This document shows, piece after piece, positions 8,942-18,955 of a stretch of DNA of 64,000 nucleotides; the stretch's first letter is position 1; each line of letters starts with the position of its first letter. The stretch covers positions 128,001 through 192,000 of the forward strand of contig CAZLEV010000003.1 of NCBI GenBank assembly GCA_964558645.1, read 5' to 3'. The translations under genes were made by a program, and so were the position numbers. Below the pieces are notes generated by a model. The model did not search any database, was not told where the DNA came from, and was given only the letters and a program-made list of their open reading frames with translations. The DNA comes from an uncultured archaeon. GTDB taxonomy: Archaea; Asgardarchaeota; Thorarchaeia; Thorarchaeales; Thorarchaeaceae.

Positions 8942-9131
8942 GAAACCGACATGTGTGGATCTTCAGTGATGGGAAGCCAGCTGCCACCCCTGCAGTGCTC
9001 CATTCAGACAAATATCCGCGGACTACCGGTAGCGTAGCATCCTGCGTATTCACTCATCTCAAGACTGTACACGCTCGAGTCATGGGCTTCTGTTCATGCA
9101 CGAACAGGTTACTATAAGACTCAGAGGAGAC

Positions 9132-9365
9132 CTAGAAATGGTGTGACTCGGCAAGTATCTGAGTCTTGACAATCTCGGATATCACCAAGAACTCGGTCGG
9201 CTCTTCCTTTTCTCGGTGTTTCAGGGCGACGATGTCATCTCCAACCTCAGCAACTAATGCTTCCGCAAGGATGACCATTGCGTGCCCAAAGAATCGAAGC
9301 TCCTTTCCGGTATCTTTGCTCCATCTGAGAACTGATTCCAGTGTTCGCAAATTGCTCTCATTCAT
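9132..9365 (-). CDS. Small hypothetical protein, possible Sm/SH3-like fold (paralog 1)
   Basis: 77 aa; clear paralogy with 9591-9827 (L..VL.W, GDD.VA, EF); TATA-like element ~24 nt upstream of ATG. Confidence 0.7.
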   Translation of the reverse strand: MNESNLRTLESVLRWSKDTGKELRFFGHAMVILAEALVAEVGDDIVALKHREKEEPTEFLVISEIVKTQILAESHHF

Positions 9366-9590
9366 GATATGCCATTGAATTCGAATCGCAATAACGGTTT
9401 CCAATTCGATGTTTTGGTCTAAGTTGCTGGCCAGTTGATTGCCATCTGGAACAAACGATACGGCAGTATCCCATCGTTACTGCTTTGGCGCTTGGGCTAT
9501 ACAGAGTAAAGAGAAATCCGGTGTCGGATTCTGTCTTGAGATCGTTGCAGTCCTACGCCTGTTGCGTGAGACCTGGTTTCCGAGGTGTTT

Positions 9591-9827
9591 CTAGACGTGA
9601 GGTCGTTTACCAAGAACTGTGATCTTGGTTATCTCGTCAAGACGTAAGAACTCGTCAGGTTTGTCATCCTTGTTGTGCAATATTGCGACGACGTCATCTC
9701 CGATATATGCAACTCTTCCCTCTGAGAGAGTCTTAGAGTCGCGACCGTACAGCTTGAGGTCGATCTCCTCCTTGGAAGCCCAGATCAAGACTGCTCTAAG
9801 ATTCGGTAGCTTATCTGGTTGATTCAT
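9591..9827 (-). CDS. Small hypothetical protein, possible Sm/SH3-like fold (paralog 2)
   Basis: 78 aa; paralog of 9132-9365; leaderless-type promoter spacing. Confidence 0.7.
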   Translation of the reverse strand: MNQPDKLPNLRAVLIWASKEEIDLKLYGRDSKTLSEGRVAYIGDDVVAILHNKDDKPDEFLRLDEITKITVLGKRPHV

Positions 9828-9880
9828 GATACCAATAGAAGCTCTCAATACAGATAAGGTTAGAGCTCTCGCAATCATAT

Positions 9881-9924
9881 GAAAAAGAAGAGTGATGAGG
9901 TGTTTCCCTCATGAGAAACACCCC
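9881..9924 (-). terminator. Hairpin plus U-rich terminator after kbl-like gene
   Basis: GGTGTTTC/GAAACACC stem (9899-9922), followed on the minus strand by CTCTTCTTTTTC. Confidence 0.6.
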
Positions 9925-9942
9925 AGCTATGTGACAGCGTTG

Positions 9943-11136
9943 TTAGATGATGTCGAGCTTCTTGCCGACTTTCTCATAGGCATTAAGGGACTTGTCTAGG
10001 TGTTCCTTTGTGAGGCCGCTGTTCATCATATTCCTGATGCGAGCTTTATCTCGGGCAACCATCGGGAACACGATGGGGAGCGCCAATATCCCCTCATCAT
10101 ATAAGCCGCTGCTAAGCTCATTGGCCTTTGAGCTTTCTCCTACCATTGCTGGCACAATTGGTGTCTGACTGAAGCCAGTATCGTAGCCAAGCTCTTGAAG
10201 TCCTTTCTTGAAGTATTCGCGGTTGTCCCACAGCGTCTTCACATGCTGCTCTTCTGTCTCAAGAATGTCGATTGCAGCAATGCACGCGGCGGCCGTGGCT
10301 GGTGGATGTGAAGCACTGAGAAGCCATGAACGGCTTTTGTTGAATGCATACTTGACCATGTGGTCGCTTCCAGACACATGGCCGCCCATAACTCCGAAGG
10401 CCTTTGAGAAAGTTCCCATCTCAAAATGAACATCCTTGTGAGTGAGACCAAAGTGTGATACAATCCCTCTTCCGCCCTCACCAAGGACTGCCTCACCATG
10501 GGCATCGTCCACGTAGATCATGGCTCCGTGCTCCTTACCAAGCTTCACTATCTCATCGAGAGGTGCGATGTCTCCGTCCATGCTGAACACACCATCAGTG
10601 ATAATCAGAATTCGCCGTGGATTATCCTTCTCGACTTCGTCAAGAACTCTCTCAAGGTCCGCCATGTCACTGTGTTTATACACAAACCGCTTGGCCTTCG
10701 TCAATCGGACGCCATCAATAATACTCCCATGATTCAGTTCGTCGGACACAATTGCATCCTCTTTGTCAACGAGCTGAGGGATGAGACCCTCATTCGCCGT
10801 GAAGCCTGCCGAATAGGTCAGTGATGCCTCTGCGCCTTTGAAGTTGGCGAGTCTTCTCTCAAGTTCCAAATGTAGGTCCATGGTACCTGCGATTGCTCGT
10901 ACAGAACCCGAGCCAACACCGTGAGTTCTGATAGCCTCCAAAGCTGCCTCCCTAAGTTTCGGATGATTAGCAAGATTGAGGTAGTTGTTGCTGCAAAGCA
11001 TTATGACCTCTACACCGTCTACCTTGGATATCGGCAGGCTTGGGCCCTGAAGTTCTCTAATCTTCCAATTCAGGTCTTGCTCAACCAGCCTCTCATACTC
11101 ATCTTTCATCCATTTCGTTGGGTCTCTCTTCGCCAT
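9943..11136 (-). CDS. kbl: PLP-dependent glycine C-acetyltransferase / 8-amino-7-oxononanoate synthase family
   Basis: CSNNYL, GSGSVR, SDELNHGSIIDG, TDGVFSMDGD, VDDAHG, GTFSKAFG. Substrate (Kbl vs BioF) is not resolvable by eye. Confidence 0.8.
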   Translation of the reverse strand: MAKRDPTKWMKDEYERLVEQDLNWKIRELQGPSLPISKVDGVEVIMLCSNNYLNLANHPKLREAALEAIRTHGVGSGSVRAIAGTMDLHLELERRLANFKGAEASLTYSAGFTANEGLIPQLVDKEDAIVSDELNHGSIIDGVRLTKAKRFVYKHSDMADLERVLDEVEKDNPRRILIITDGVFSMDGDIAPLDEIVKLGKEHGAMIYVDDAHGEAVLGEGGRGIVSHFGLTHKDVHFEMGTFSKAFGVMGGHVSGSDHMVKYAFNKSRSWLLSASHPPATAAACIAAIDILETEEQHVKTLWDNREYFKKGLQELGYDTGFSQTPIVPAMVGESSKANELSSGLYDEGILALPIVFPMVARDKARIRNMMNSGLTKEHLDKSLNAYEKVGKKLDII

Positions 11137-11354
11137 TATCTTCACCGTTATAGTCACGTTACTACTACGAAACATTATTGCGTCGTATCTGCCTCGGGCT
11201 CAATATGCTAGCTATTTATGGGCTTCGCTCCCTGATTATTTGGTTTATTCCTTTCTCTTAGAATCTCTATTTGAAGCAGCAAGAGATGGCGTGACGTTGT
11301 TCTTTTTTCTACCAGCGACACCCAGGTGCGATAGACGCCGAATTTCGGACGGGA

Positions 11355-11993
11355 TCAGTCGCTCAAGAGATCCTTTGCTTCGGAGATCCAAGCCTTGACT
11401 CTCCTAATATTGAACCTGTACCCTTCCGGAATTGTCACATGGCCGAGCTGCACCGCATCGTTGATTCGTCCAAGCAATGACTCGGGATTTGCCGAGGCCA
11501 ATTCTTCGAGGTCTGTGATACCCCCACCGTACACGATTGCCTCAGCGTCTTCCTGCGACACCGACTGGAGCCAACAGAACCTGCTGACTGCAATCCATAT
11601 CTGAGCCTCCTCCAGGCTCACATTGCAGACACCTGCGACCTCGTCAGCCATGCTACTCAGGAGATCCGCCAAGTTATTGATACCTGCATCACGGAGTTTC
11701 TTCCCATGCTTTGGGCCTATTCCCTCGACTGTTTCAACAGGCAGTTCAACAAGTTCAGCACGAGGCTGCTCAACCTGCGGGACATAGGATTCGGTGACAT
11801 CTTCAGAAACAGCCATGGCCTTAGCTGAAGAGGCCACTGCTCCCTCAACTCTTTCTTCTCTTGAGCACACAATGCCAATGAGCCCAAACACTGATAGCAT
11901 GAGAAGAATCTCGTTCTTACTTGCTAGACTGTAACACAATGCTAACGCTACCAGAGATAGTGTGCGAACCCTGCTGTTTCGGATGACCGTCAT
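11355..11993 (-). CDS. Membrane-anchored DUF4332-like (helix-hairpin-helix) protein
   Basis: VEGIGPKHGKKLRDAGI..LADLL and GITDLEELA...VKAWI motifs after two N-terminal hydrophobic segments. Confidence 0.75.
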   Translation of the reverse strand: MTVIRNSRVRTLSLVALALCYSLASKNEILLMLSVFGLIGIVCSREERVEGAVASSAKAMAVSEDVTESYVPQVEQPRAELVELPVETVEGIGPKHGKKLRDAGINNLADLLSSMADEVAGVCNVSLEEAQIWIAVSRFCWLQSVSQEDAEAIVYGGGITDLEELASANPESLLGRINDAVQLGHVTIPEGYRFNIRRVKAWISEAKDLLSD

Positions 11994-12078
11994 ATCTACA
12001 CTCTTGCTCCCTTTTATTGGTTGACTGTGTTAGGGCCTTGCTGAATAATGAATCTTGCTGAATTCTCTGGCAGACATA

Positions 12079-13410
12079 TCAGACGCCATTCTCTTCGAGA
12101 GATAGGGTCTCCCTTCTTCTCCCTTCATTGCGTTTTACGGCAATGTACATAGGAAGAACAGAGAGTGGATACAGACTCATCGCGATTGGGAAGAAGAAGA
12201 CTCCGAATGGCACTATTCCGTTGAAGACCCCTGCAGACAACATTAGGGAGGTCAAGAGTGTACCTGTCTGACGGGGAAACGTCCACATTATGCGATTCAC
12301 CGCCCAAGAGCGCCCTCTTCTTGAGCTCGTGATTTCGCCCATGAACAACGAGTGCGTGGCTGGTCTCGCCATGTTAGCAACAGCCATCCTAATGACATAG
12401 AAGACAACCATTAGGAAGAAGTAAGGTGCATACACCATCCCTACTGTCAGAATCGGTGCCATGAGGTATAGTAGGAACACAAGTCGTAGCTTTCCTATTC
12501 TCTCACTTGAAAAACCGACAAATAGCGTGCCGGTGGTGAGAAGCAGGTTTGAGACTGTAGGTACGCTCCCTAATACAACTGGGTCAGTGGTAAATGCCTT
12601 GTTAATCCAGGGAATAAGATAGGGGACGACCATGCCCGAGGCCAGCCCCATGATGAGACTATTAATCCCAAACAGAAGAGAGGTCTTTGCGTCATTCTCT
12701 GTGGGATCCTCAAGGCTCTCCAGTCTGGGCAATTCTTCGATTGCCGGAGAGTCTTCCATGACATAGTTCTCCTCCAACCATCTCTCAGTCCGAATCCCGT
12801 AAAGGCCGGTTAGTATTGTGATTGCACCCATGATGAAGAAGATGACTGCGAACCGCGTTAGCGCACTTGATACTCCAGGGATGCTGATGGCGTCTAGAAA
12901 CGGGGCTGCAACGGGATCGAGGATAAAGCCTCCAAGAAAGGGTGCCACGGTACCAGATAGGGTTGCTGCTGCCTGCGTCACTCCATATGATCTCGTTCTA
13001 TCCTCTCCTTTCTCGGTGAAATCGGCAACGAGAGAGTCTACAGATGTACTGGTAAATCCGCTTCCTATTCCTGTGAGGGCATACACCCCAAGCGACCAGA
13101 GTCCACCCGTGAAGGGTAGTGCAAACAGGCACAGACCGCTTGCGACACTGCCGATGAGTATGGCCTTTCCTCTCCCTGCTCTGTCACTGAAAGTCCCTGC
13201 AGGAAAGAGAACCGCTGACTGAACGTAGCCGGCTGCAGCCACCATGAGCCCATAGAATGCCTCATCTTGTCCGATGCTGATCGCGAACAATGGAAGAACA
13301 ACGATGTTGAATGCCCAACCCAGCCGACTCGTGGCTGTGAGAATGGAGAGCCGCGTCATCTTCTCTGCTGAATTCACATCAATGACAGAGCTATCAGGGC
13401 TCAAGGGCAT
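12079..13410 (-). CDS. MFS transporter
   Basis: About 12 TM segments; motif A GTFSDRAGRG and SERIGK. Confidence 0.9.
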   Translation of the reverse strand: MPLSPDSSVIDVNSAEKMTRLSILTATSRLGWAFNIVVLPLFAISIGQDEAFYGLMVAAAGYVQSAVLFPAGTFSDRAGRGKAILIGSVASGLCLFALPFTGGLWSLGVYALTGIGSGFTSTSVDSLVADFTEKGEDRTRSYGVTQAAATLSGTVAPFLGGFILDPVAAPFLDAISIPGVSSALTRFAVIFFIMGAITILTGLYGIRTERWLEENYVMEDSPAIEELPRLESLEDPTENDAKTSLLFGINSLIMGLASGMVVPYLIPWINKAFTTDPVVLGSVPTVSNLLLTTGTLFVGFSSERIGKLRLVFLLYLMAPILTVGMVYAPYFFLMVVFYVIRMAVANMARPATHSLFMGEITSSRRGRSWAVNRIMWTFPRQTGTLLTSLMLSAGVFNGIVPFGVFFFPIAMSLYPLSVLPMYIAVKRNEGRRRETLSLEENGV

Positions 13411-13523
13411 CCTATTCTCACATCCCTTATGGGGGTTGTCTGGTAGGCGGAGTAGGGCATTTACATAAATGATTGGCCTGCGGCCATCTGTTGAGATGCC
13501 TGTCGTGGTCAGAGGCCTTCGTT

Positions 13524-14294
13524 CTACTCTCTTCTCTTGTTTATCTCATGGAACTGCTTACTCACCAAGAAGAAGAGCAGACTTGTGAATAGGAGTACGA
13601 CGATGCTGAGCAAAGGTGGAACACCAAATGACTCTACTCCGAGACCGCGACGAATGAGGATCAATGTATGCGTCAAGGGTGAAAACATCGAGACTACTTG
13701 CCCGGCGAAGGGAAGACTCTCTATCGGGATGAATATCCCGCTGATGAAGAGTAGCGGTATCCGGATGAAGTTCATTGGCATCATGATGTTTCCAACACTC
13801 TCTGTGGGGATGCTGGCAAACATGATTCCCATAGCTGCAAAGGCTATACATGAGAGGAGGACTCCCAACACAAAGAGAATGACATCGACCACTTGGAGCG
13901 AGAAGAACAACCATCCCACAAGGAATGGAATAACTGATACAATCAGGCCAAAGGCCACTCCTGCCAAAGACTTCCCTAGAATCACTGAGAGCAATGACAT
14001 CGGGGCTGAGAGATACCTATCAAATGTCTTTGTTCTCCGCTCGAGTGGTATGACAACTGGTCCGACAGTTGAGGCGGCCCAGAAAACGGTTTGTGAGAAC
14101 AGGACCGGTAGCATCTCGGTGATGCTGAGATTTCTTCCCACGGTGAATGTAAAGAACAACGCAAAAGGAAACATCACTCCAAACATCAGAGTGGGGGGTG
14201 AGAGGTAATAGACCTTGATGTCCTTCCATCCTATTGCCCATGCGCGCGACGCTTCCTTTCGGATTCTGGTGATGATTGTTGCATCATTCGACAA
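13524..14294 (-). CDS. ABC-2 type transporter permease
   Basis: ERRTKTFDRYLSAP, GK, FISGIFIPIESLP and SPLT motifs; 6 TMs. Confidence 0.9.
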   Translation of the reverse strand: MSNDATIITRIRKEASRAWAIGWKDIKVYYLSPPTLMFGVMFPFALFFTFTVGRNLSITEMLPVLFSQTVFWAASTVGPVVIPLERRTKTFDRYLSAPMSLLSVILGKSLAGVAFGLIVSVIPFLVGWLFFSLQVVDVILFVLGVLLSCIAFAAMGIMFASIPTESVGNIMMPMNFIRIPLLFISGIFIPIESLPFAGQVVSMFSPLTHTLILIRRGLGVESFGVPPLLSIVVLLFTSLLFFLVSKQFHEINKRRE

Positions 14295-14297
14295 TAA

Positions 14298-15278
14298 CTA
14301 TTGCCTCCCTTTTCCTCTGTTTCCTGTCTGGAACTTTCCTCTGTGAACAATCTCTTCTCCCGTCAGTTCCAAGAATACGTCCTCAAGTGTGGGTCCAAGG
14401 GTGTTAACGCTTAGTATCTTCATTCCATTTTGCTTCGCTAGTTCGAAGACGCCCGTAAGGGTTTCAGGTGGAGTCAGGGTGAATAGTCTAAATTTGTCTC
14501 CCCGTTTCTGGACTTCCCTAACGCCCTCAAGATCCGTCAACTTGGAAGAGAGCGCATCGTTTCCAGTATCAAAGGAAACCTCTATTGAGTGCATCTTCTC
14601 CATGGCCTGTTTCAACTTTTCAGGCGGTCCGATGGTTCCTATTCTGCCTTGGTTAATGATGGCAATTCTGCTACACAGTTCATTTGCTTCTTGCATGTTG
14701 TGAGTGGTCAGAAAGATAGTTGTGCCATTCTCATTGAGTTCACGTACAAGTCCTCGTATCGTTCTCACGCTCTGGACATCAAGCGCTGTTGTGGGTTCAT
14801 CGAGAAACAGAACTTGAGCGTCGTTGATCAGAGCCATGGCAATAGTGAGGCGTCGTTTCATGCCCCCGGAGAACTCGCGCACGTTATCATCTCTGACTTC
14901 CTGCAGGCCAAACATCTCCAGCAGTTCCTCAGCCTTCTCCTCACGTTTGTGTTTTTCCAGTCCGTAGAGTTTGGCTGTGAATATGAGATTGTCCCATGCA
15001 CTGAGATCGTTGTACACGTTGGACAGGTCCGTGACGACACCCATTATCTCTTTGGCAGCAAAGGCCTCATGCTGGATATCATGACCCATGATTCTTGCTG
15101 TTCCCTTAGTAGGAGTAGAGATGCCAGTCAGCATCCGGGTCGTCGTCGTCTTACCTGCTCCGTTGGGGCCCAAGAACCCAAAGACCTCACCTTGTTGCAC
15201 CTCGAAACTGATATGATCCACAGCCATGAAGTTTCCGAACTTCTTAGTGAGGTCCTTAACAGAGATGGCAGATGTCAT
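14298..15278 (-). CDS. ABC exporter ATP-binding protein (DrrA-like)
   Basis: GPNGAGKT, FSGGMKRR, FLDEPT, TTH, C-terminal PTLEDVFLELTG. Confidence 0.92.
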   Translation of the reverse strand: MTSAISVKDLTKKFGNFMAVDHISFEVQQGEVFGFLGPNGAGKTTTTRMLTGISTPTKGTARIMGHDIQHEAFAAKEIMGVVTDLSNVYNDLSAWDNLIFTAKLYGLEKHKREEKAEELLEMFGLQEVRDDNVREFSGGMKRRLTIAMALINDAQVLFLDEPTTALDVQSVRTIRGLVRELNENGTTIFLTTHNMQEANELCSRIAIINQGRIGTIGPPEKLKQAMEKMHSIEVSFDTGNDALSSKLTDLEGVREVQKRGDKFRLFTLTPPETLTGVFELAKQNGMKILSVNTLGPTLEDVFLELTGEEIVHRGKFQTGNRGKGRQ

Positions 15279-15399
15279 GATTCTTCTAGATAGCTTCCAT
15301 CTGATAAATCCGGTACTTTCAGAGGTTGGAATCTTCAAGGCAACAGATTCATAATCCTTCTCCGAATATGGTTACGTACCCACTGGGGGTTGCGCGACC

Positions 15400-17004
15400 A
15401 TGGAGGAAAGCACCCAATTCGACAAAGAGATGTATCTTGACATTTTGCAGAATGACCTCCCCATGAAACGGTATGTTTCCAGAGGAGACACGCCTGACGG
15501 AGTGGACATCCGGGGGCCGCATGAGGAGGCAGACCGATCGATTGCTAGGGCTATTCGTTTCACGAAGAGCGATGGGACCCCTCGGTTTCAACCGGTGCTC
15601 GGCAGTGCAGGGATGGGAAAGACACACTTCTTCTGGGTGTTGAAGGAACGAGAGGCGGATCCCAAGTTCGGTCCTTACACCACCATCTACGTTCCCTCTC
15701 CACCGAGTCCAGCACGCGTACCTTTGCACTTCCACGCCTGCATAGTTGACGAGGCGGGGGATGAGCTGTTTGCAAGTGCCGGACGAATGTTAGTCGCCCG
15801 TTTTGGCGATGGTTCCGATAATGGCAGCCAAGATATCGATCATATAATGGACCGCGCATTGGAAGAGTATCCCGGAATCAGCTCAGATGCAGTCAAGGTG
15901 TTACTTCAGTATCAGCTAGATCCAAAGCGAAGGGTGCTTGCCAGAAGATGGCTTCTTGGAGACGCGTTGAGTCAAGAAGAGATTGATAGCCTAGATGTCC
16001 ATACTGTGCTAGAGGATGATGATGTCACACTAGCAACAATCAAGGTCTTATCGGAGGGGGCACAGGAGCCGCTTACACTATTCATAGACGAGATGGAGGG
16101 GCCTTACAATACACATGGAGATCACGGTGAGAGGCAGTTCCTTGAGGTCATGAAACGGTTATACAATGAATCAAAGAACATCGTAATTGTGGCTTCTTGC
16201 TTGACTGAAATCTGGCCCAGAATCTACGAGCTAGCTGATGCTCCAATGAAGTCCCGTATGGAAGAGCCTGTGGAATTACGCCACTTCACTAAGAACGACG
16301 TGGCCGGATTCGTGGCCCGCACCATGAACAGGTATTGGGAAGAGAAGAACGTTGATCCTCCACCCAATCCACTATTCCCACTCTCAGAGGAGGATATTGA
16401 CACCGCATTCACCAAATCTAGGGGTGTTCCCCGTGAGGCGATAAGGCACATCATCAATCGTCTCGACGGGATTCTGCTTGGCCGCGAAGAAACTGCGGTT
16501 GAAGAACAGGATGACTACGTTGTCAAGTTGACTCCGAATGTGGTCATCGGTGCCATTGTGAAAGCGATACTCATCGCTGGCCTGAAGATGGATGTTGAGG
16601 TGCGACTGCACACTGCATCAGGCGGTGAGAAATCCCAAGCCTCGGCTACTGTCGTTCTGCACCGAGAAGGAGATGAGCATAAGGTATCAATTGATGTGCC
16701 AAATGTCAAGGACTGGAATCGAAGCGGTGGTGTGGCTGCCTACTACTCGGCAAAGAGACTCCAGAGTGCTCTTGAAGAAGGTGAGGCTGAGATTGCTGTT
16801 ATTGCCATCCCTGAAGAGTCGCGTGGTGCCAAATTCGAGTCTATCAGTGCCTCATTGGGTAGAAGGCTGTTCAAGCTCCGCTTGAATGAAACCACTGCTA
16901 AGCAACTGGTTGAGATGACAAACCGGGCAAAGCTCAGTGAAGCACGAAAAGCTGTGTTTCTGGATTTGATTGGCAGTGTCTTTGGTCCATCTGAATTGAT
17001 GTGA
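15400..17004 (+). CDS. P-loop AAA+ ATPase (BrxD/DUF2791-like features) with uncharacterised C-terminal alpha/beta domain
   Basis: Walker A GSAGMGKT, Walker B LFIDEME, ARRWLLG, SRM arginine finger, GVPRE sensor 2. Confidence 0.7.
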   Translation: MEESTQFDKEMYLDILQNDLPMKRYVSRGDTPDGVDIRGPHEEADRSIARAIRFTKSDGTPRFQPVLGSAGMGKTHFFWVLKEREADPKFGPYTTIYVPSPPSPARVPLHFHACIVDEAGDELFASAGRMLVARFGDGSDNGSQDIDHIMDRALEEYPGISSDAVKVLLQYQLDPKRRVLARRWLLGDALSQEEIDSLDVHTVLEDDDVTLATIKVLSEGAQEPLTLFIDEMEGPYNTHGDHGERQFLEVMKRLYNESKNIVIVASCLTEIWPRIYELADAPMKSRMEEPVELRHFTKNDVAGFVARTMNRYWEEKNVDPPPNPLFPLSEEDIDTAFTKSRGVPREAIRHIINRLDGILLGREETAVEEQDDYVVKLTPNVVIGAIVKAILIAGLKMDVEVRLHTASGGEKSQASATVVLHREGDEHKVSIDVPNVKDWNRSGGVAAYYSAKRLQSALEEGEAEIAVIAIPEESRGAKFESISASLGRRLFKLRLNETTAKQLVEMTNRAKLSEARKAVFLDLIGSVFGPSELM

Positions 17005-17017
17005 ATCTCTACCGACC

Positions 17018-17599
17018 TCACTGCCCCTCTGAATCGGTGTTGTGCTCATCGTCTACTTCGGGTGATTCTGTTTCATCCTCCTCTTCCTTGCACGCAACCT
17101 CAGGCAATACTAGGATGAGGATGAAGATGACCACTATCGTGATTTGACCAAGGGGTTCTTTCAGCCAAAGGCTCACATGGCCAATCTGTGGAATTATGAG
17201 AACAACCTCTCCCACAATTTCATCGATGGTTCTATTTCCAGGATCCCTTTGTGAATTCGCATCTCCTCTCGTGTAGTAGAAGAAAACGCCATCTATCTCC
17301 TCAATTTCTACAACGCGATGCACAATGGGATTCGGATTCCAGTCGTCTTGATACACAACTATATCGCCGACCTGTATCCCTTCTTCAGTTCGGCCTTGGA
17401 GGACAAGAAGGTCTCCGACGTTGATTGTCGGAACCATAGACTCACTCGTTACCACAACAAGGGGTGTGGTCGTGCCCATCGCGGCCATGAAGACACCATA
17501 ACCGCCCAGTGTAACACCTACAACAAGGATTAGGAGTACACCTGTCTTCACCATTTCGGACCTGTTGTCCCAATCAAGGGCTCTTCGGGTGCGTTCCAT
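17018..17599 (-). CDS. Signal peptidase I (Sec11/S26B type)
   Basis: VVTSESMVP, GDL, GDIVVY, IVHRV and TRGDAN motifs (Ser-His dyad). Confidence 0.92.
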   Translation of the reverse strand: MERTRRALDWDNRSEMVKTGVLLILVVGVTLGGYGVFMAAMGTTTPLVVVTSESMVPTINVGDLLVLQGRTEEGIQVGDIVVYQDDWNPNPIVHRVVEIEEIDGVFFYYTRGDANSQRDPGNRTIDEIVGEVVLIIPQIGHVSLWLKEPLGQITIVVIFILILVLPEVACKEEEDETESPEVDDEHNTDSEGQ

Positions 17600-17718
17600 G
17601 GGCTCTACGCTCGATACGAGGGGACTGTGGTCGGCTAATAAGGCTTCTGAGAATTGGCCCACAACAAAAGGTTAAACTTGTGACTCTTGGCCACTTGTCT
17701 TCCAAGAGGCACCCCGCA

Positions 17719-18870
17719 ATGAGCAGCATCTGGGTCAGAACATGGGAGAGCACGCCGAAGATCGACTGCGGCCTATGTGGGAGAAATAGCTGCTCAAGTT
17801 TCTCGCGGGCGGTTCTTGTTGGCGACCTTGAAGTTGCGGCATGTCCCATACTTCGTCTACCTGAGTTTGTCAGCCTCAGGGAGGAGTTGGAAACGAATCG
17901 CGCCCGAAAAATGAAAGCGCGCTCCAGAGTGGCACCCGACCGACCAAAGAATGGTGTCTTGTACACAAGACCCTGCAAGGACACGGATGAACGTCTTATG
18001 GCTGAGCTCAGAGTCCACAATGGGATAGAGCCCGGTGAACCCGTTCGGTTTCCGCAGTTCGACCCTCTGATTCTCTGTGACATGTTGGAATGCTTGGATG
18101 TTCCTTTCGAAGATGTGAAGTGTAGTCGTGAACTAGGGTATGGGCGGATTAAGGCTTCTGAGATGAGTATCACCGTGCTCCGGGACGGCCGTGTGAATAT
18201 TCGCAGGGTCGAGAGCAAGGAATCAGTCGCTCAGGTGTTTCAGAAGATTGAGCGCGTCATAATCGGTTCAGTTGTATGCGAGTGTTGTGGATGTGATTTG
18301 CTTTCAATACTCGCAGGATGTAGGACGCGAGATATTGACCCAGACCATCCTGTGCTCGCTGCTGGAAGCAGCCTCTCTCTGAACGAAGATATTGCTCGTC
18401 AACCGCTTACGAGAGGAAGCCTGGAGGCGGCATTAGGCGACAGTGCCTCGACGACCATAGAGACGATAGACTCACTTCACAATCTGTTGGTTCGGGGGAT
18501 CGGACAGCTTGCAGACGATGGTTCTTCGTCAAGCGCGGAGGAACCAGATATGGATGAAGCCAGATGCACGGTTGCTAGATTGATGCAGAGCCATGATGTT
18601 CGCGGCAATGAGACCGTTGTCCTCAAAGCTCTATCGATTCTCAGTGCAACTCTTGCTGCATTGGATAGCATCAATGATGTTGGGCGTCTGCGAGATCAGC
18701 TTGATGAAGAAGGCCATCGTTCAGTCCAGTCCTATATTGAAAGGGCAAAGGCCGGTCTGCTCACTGAAGTCATTCCCGCTACTGAAACCTCTAGCCTGCT
18801 ACTCTGTTATGCCCATCTGAACAAGGTGAACAGAGCTATTCGACTTCTGAACAGATGGGACCATTCATAG
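17719..18870 (+). CDS. (Fe-S)-binding protein
   Basis: N-terminal DCGLCGRNSCSSF...ACP 4Fe-4S motif; further RPC, KC and CECCGC cysteines. Confidence 0.75.
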   Translation: MSSIWVRTWESTPKIDCGLCGRNSCSSFSRAVLVGDLEVAACPILRLPEFVSLREELETNRARKMKARSRVAPDRPKNGVLYTRPCKDTDERLMAELRVHNGIEPGEPVRFPQFDPLILCDMLECLDVPFEDVKCSRELGYGRIKASEMSITVLRDGRVNIRRVESKESVAQVFQKIERVIIGSVVCECCGCDLLSILAGCRTRDIDPDHPVLAAGSSLSLNEDIARQPLTRGSLEAALGDSASTTIETIDSLHNLLVRGIGQLADDGSSSSAEEPDMDEARCTVARLMQSHDVRGNETVVLKALSILSATLAALDSINDVGRLRDQLDEEGHRSVQSYIERAKAGLLTEVIPATETSSLLLCYAHLNKVNRAIRLLNRWDHS

Positions 18871-18955
18871 CGGTGATTGAGGCTTCTGCTTGCTTGATGT
18901 GTTACCTCACATCTTAAAAGTGGGCCGGCGAGTTGTGCATTACAGGGAATTTGAA

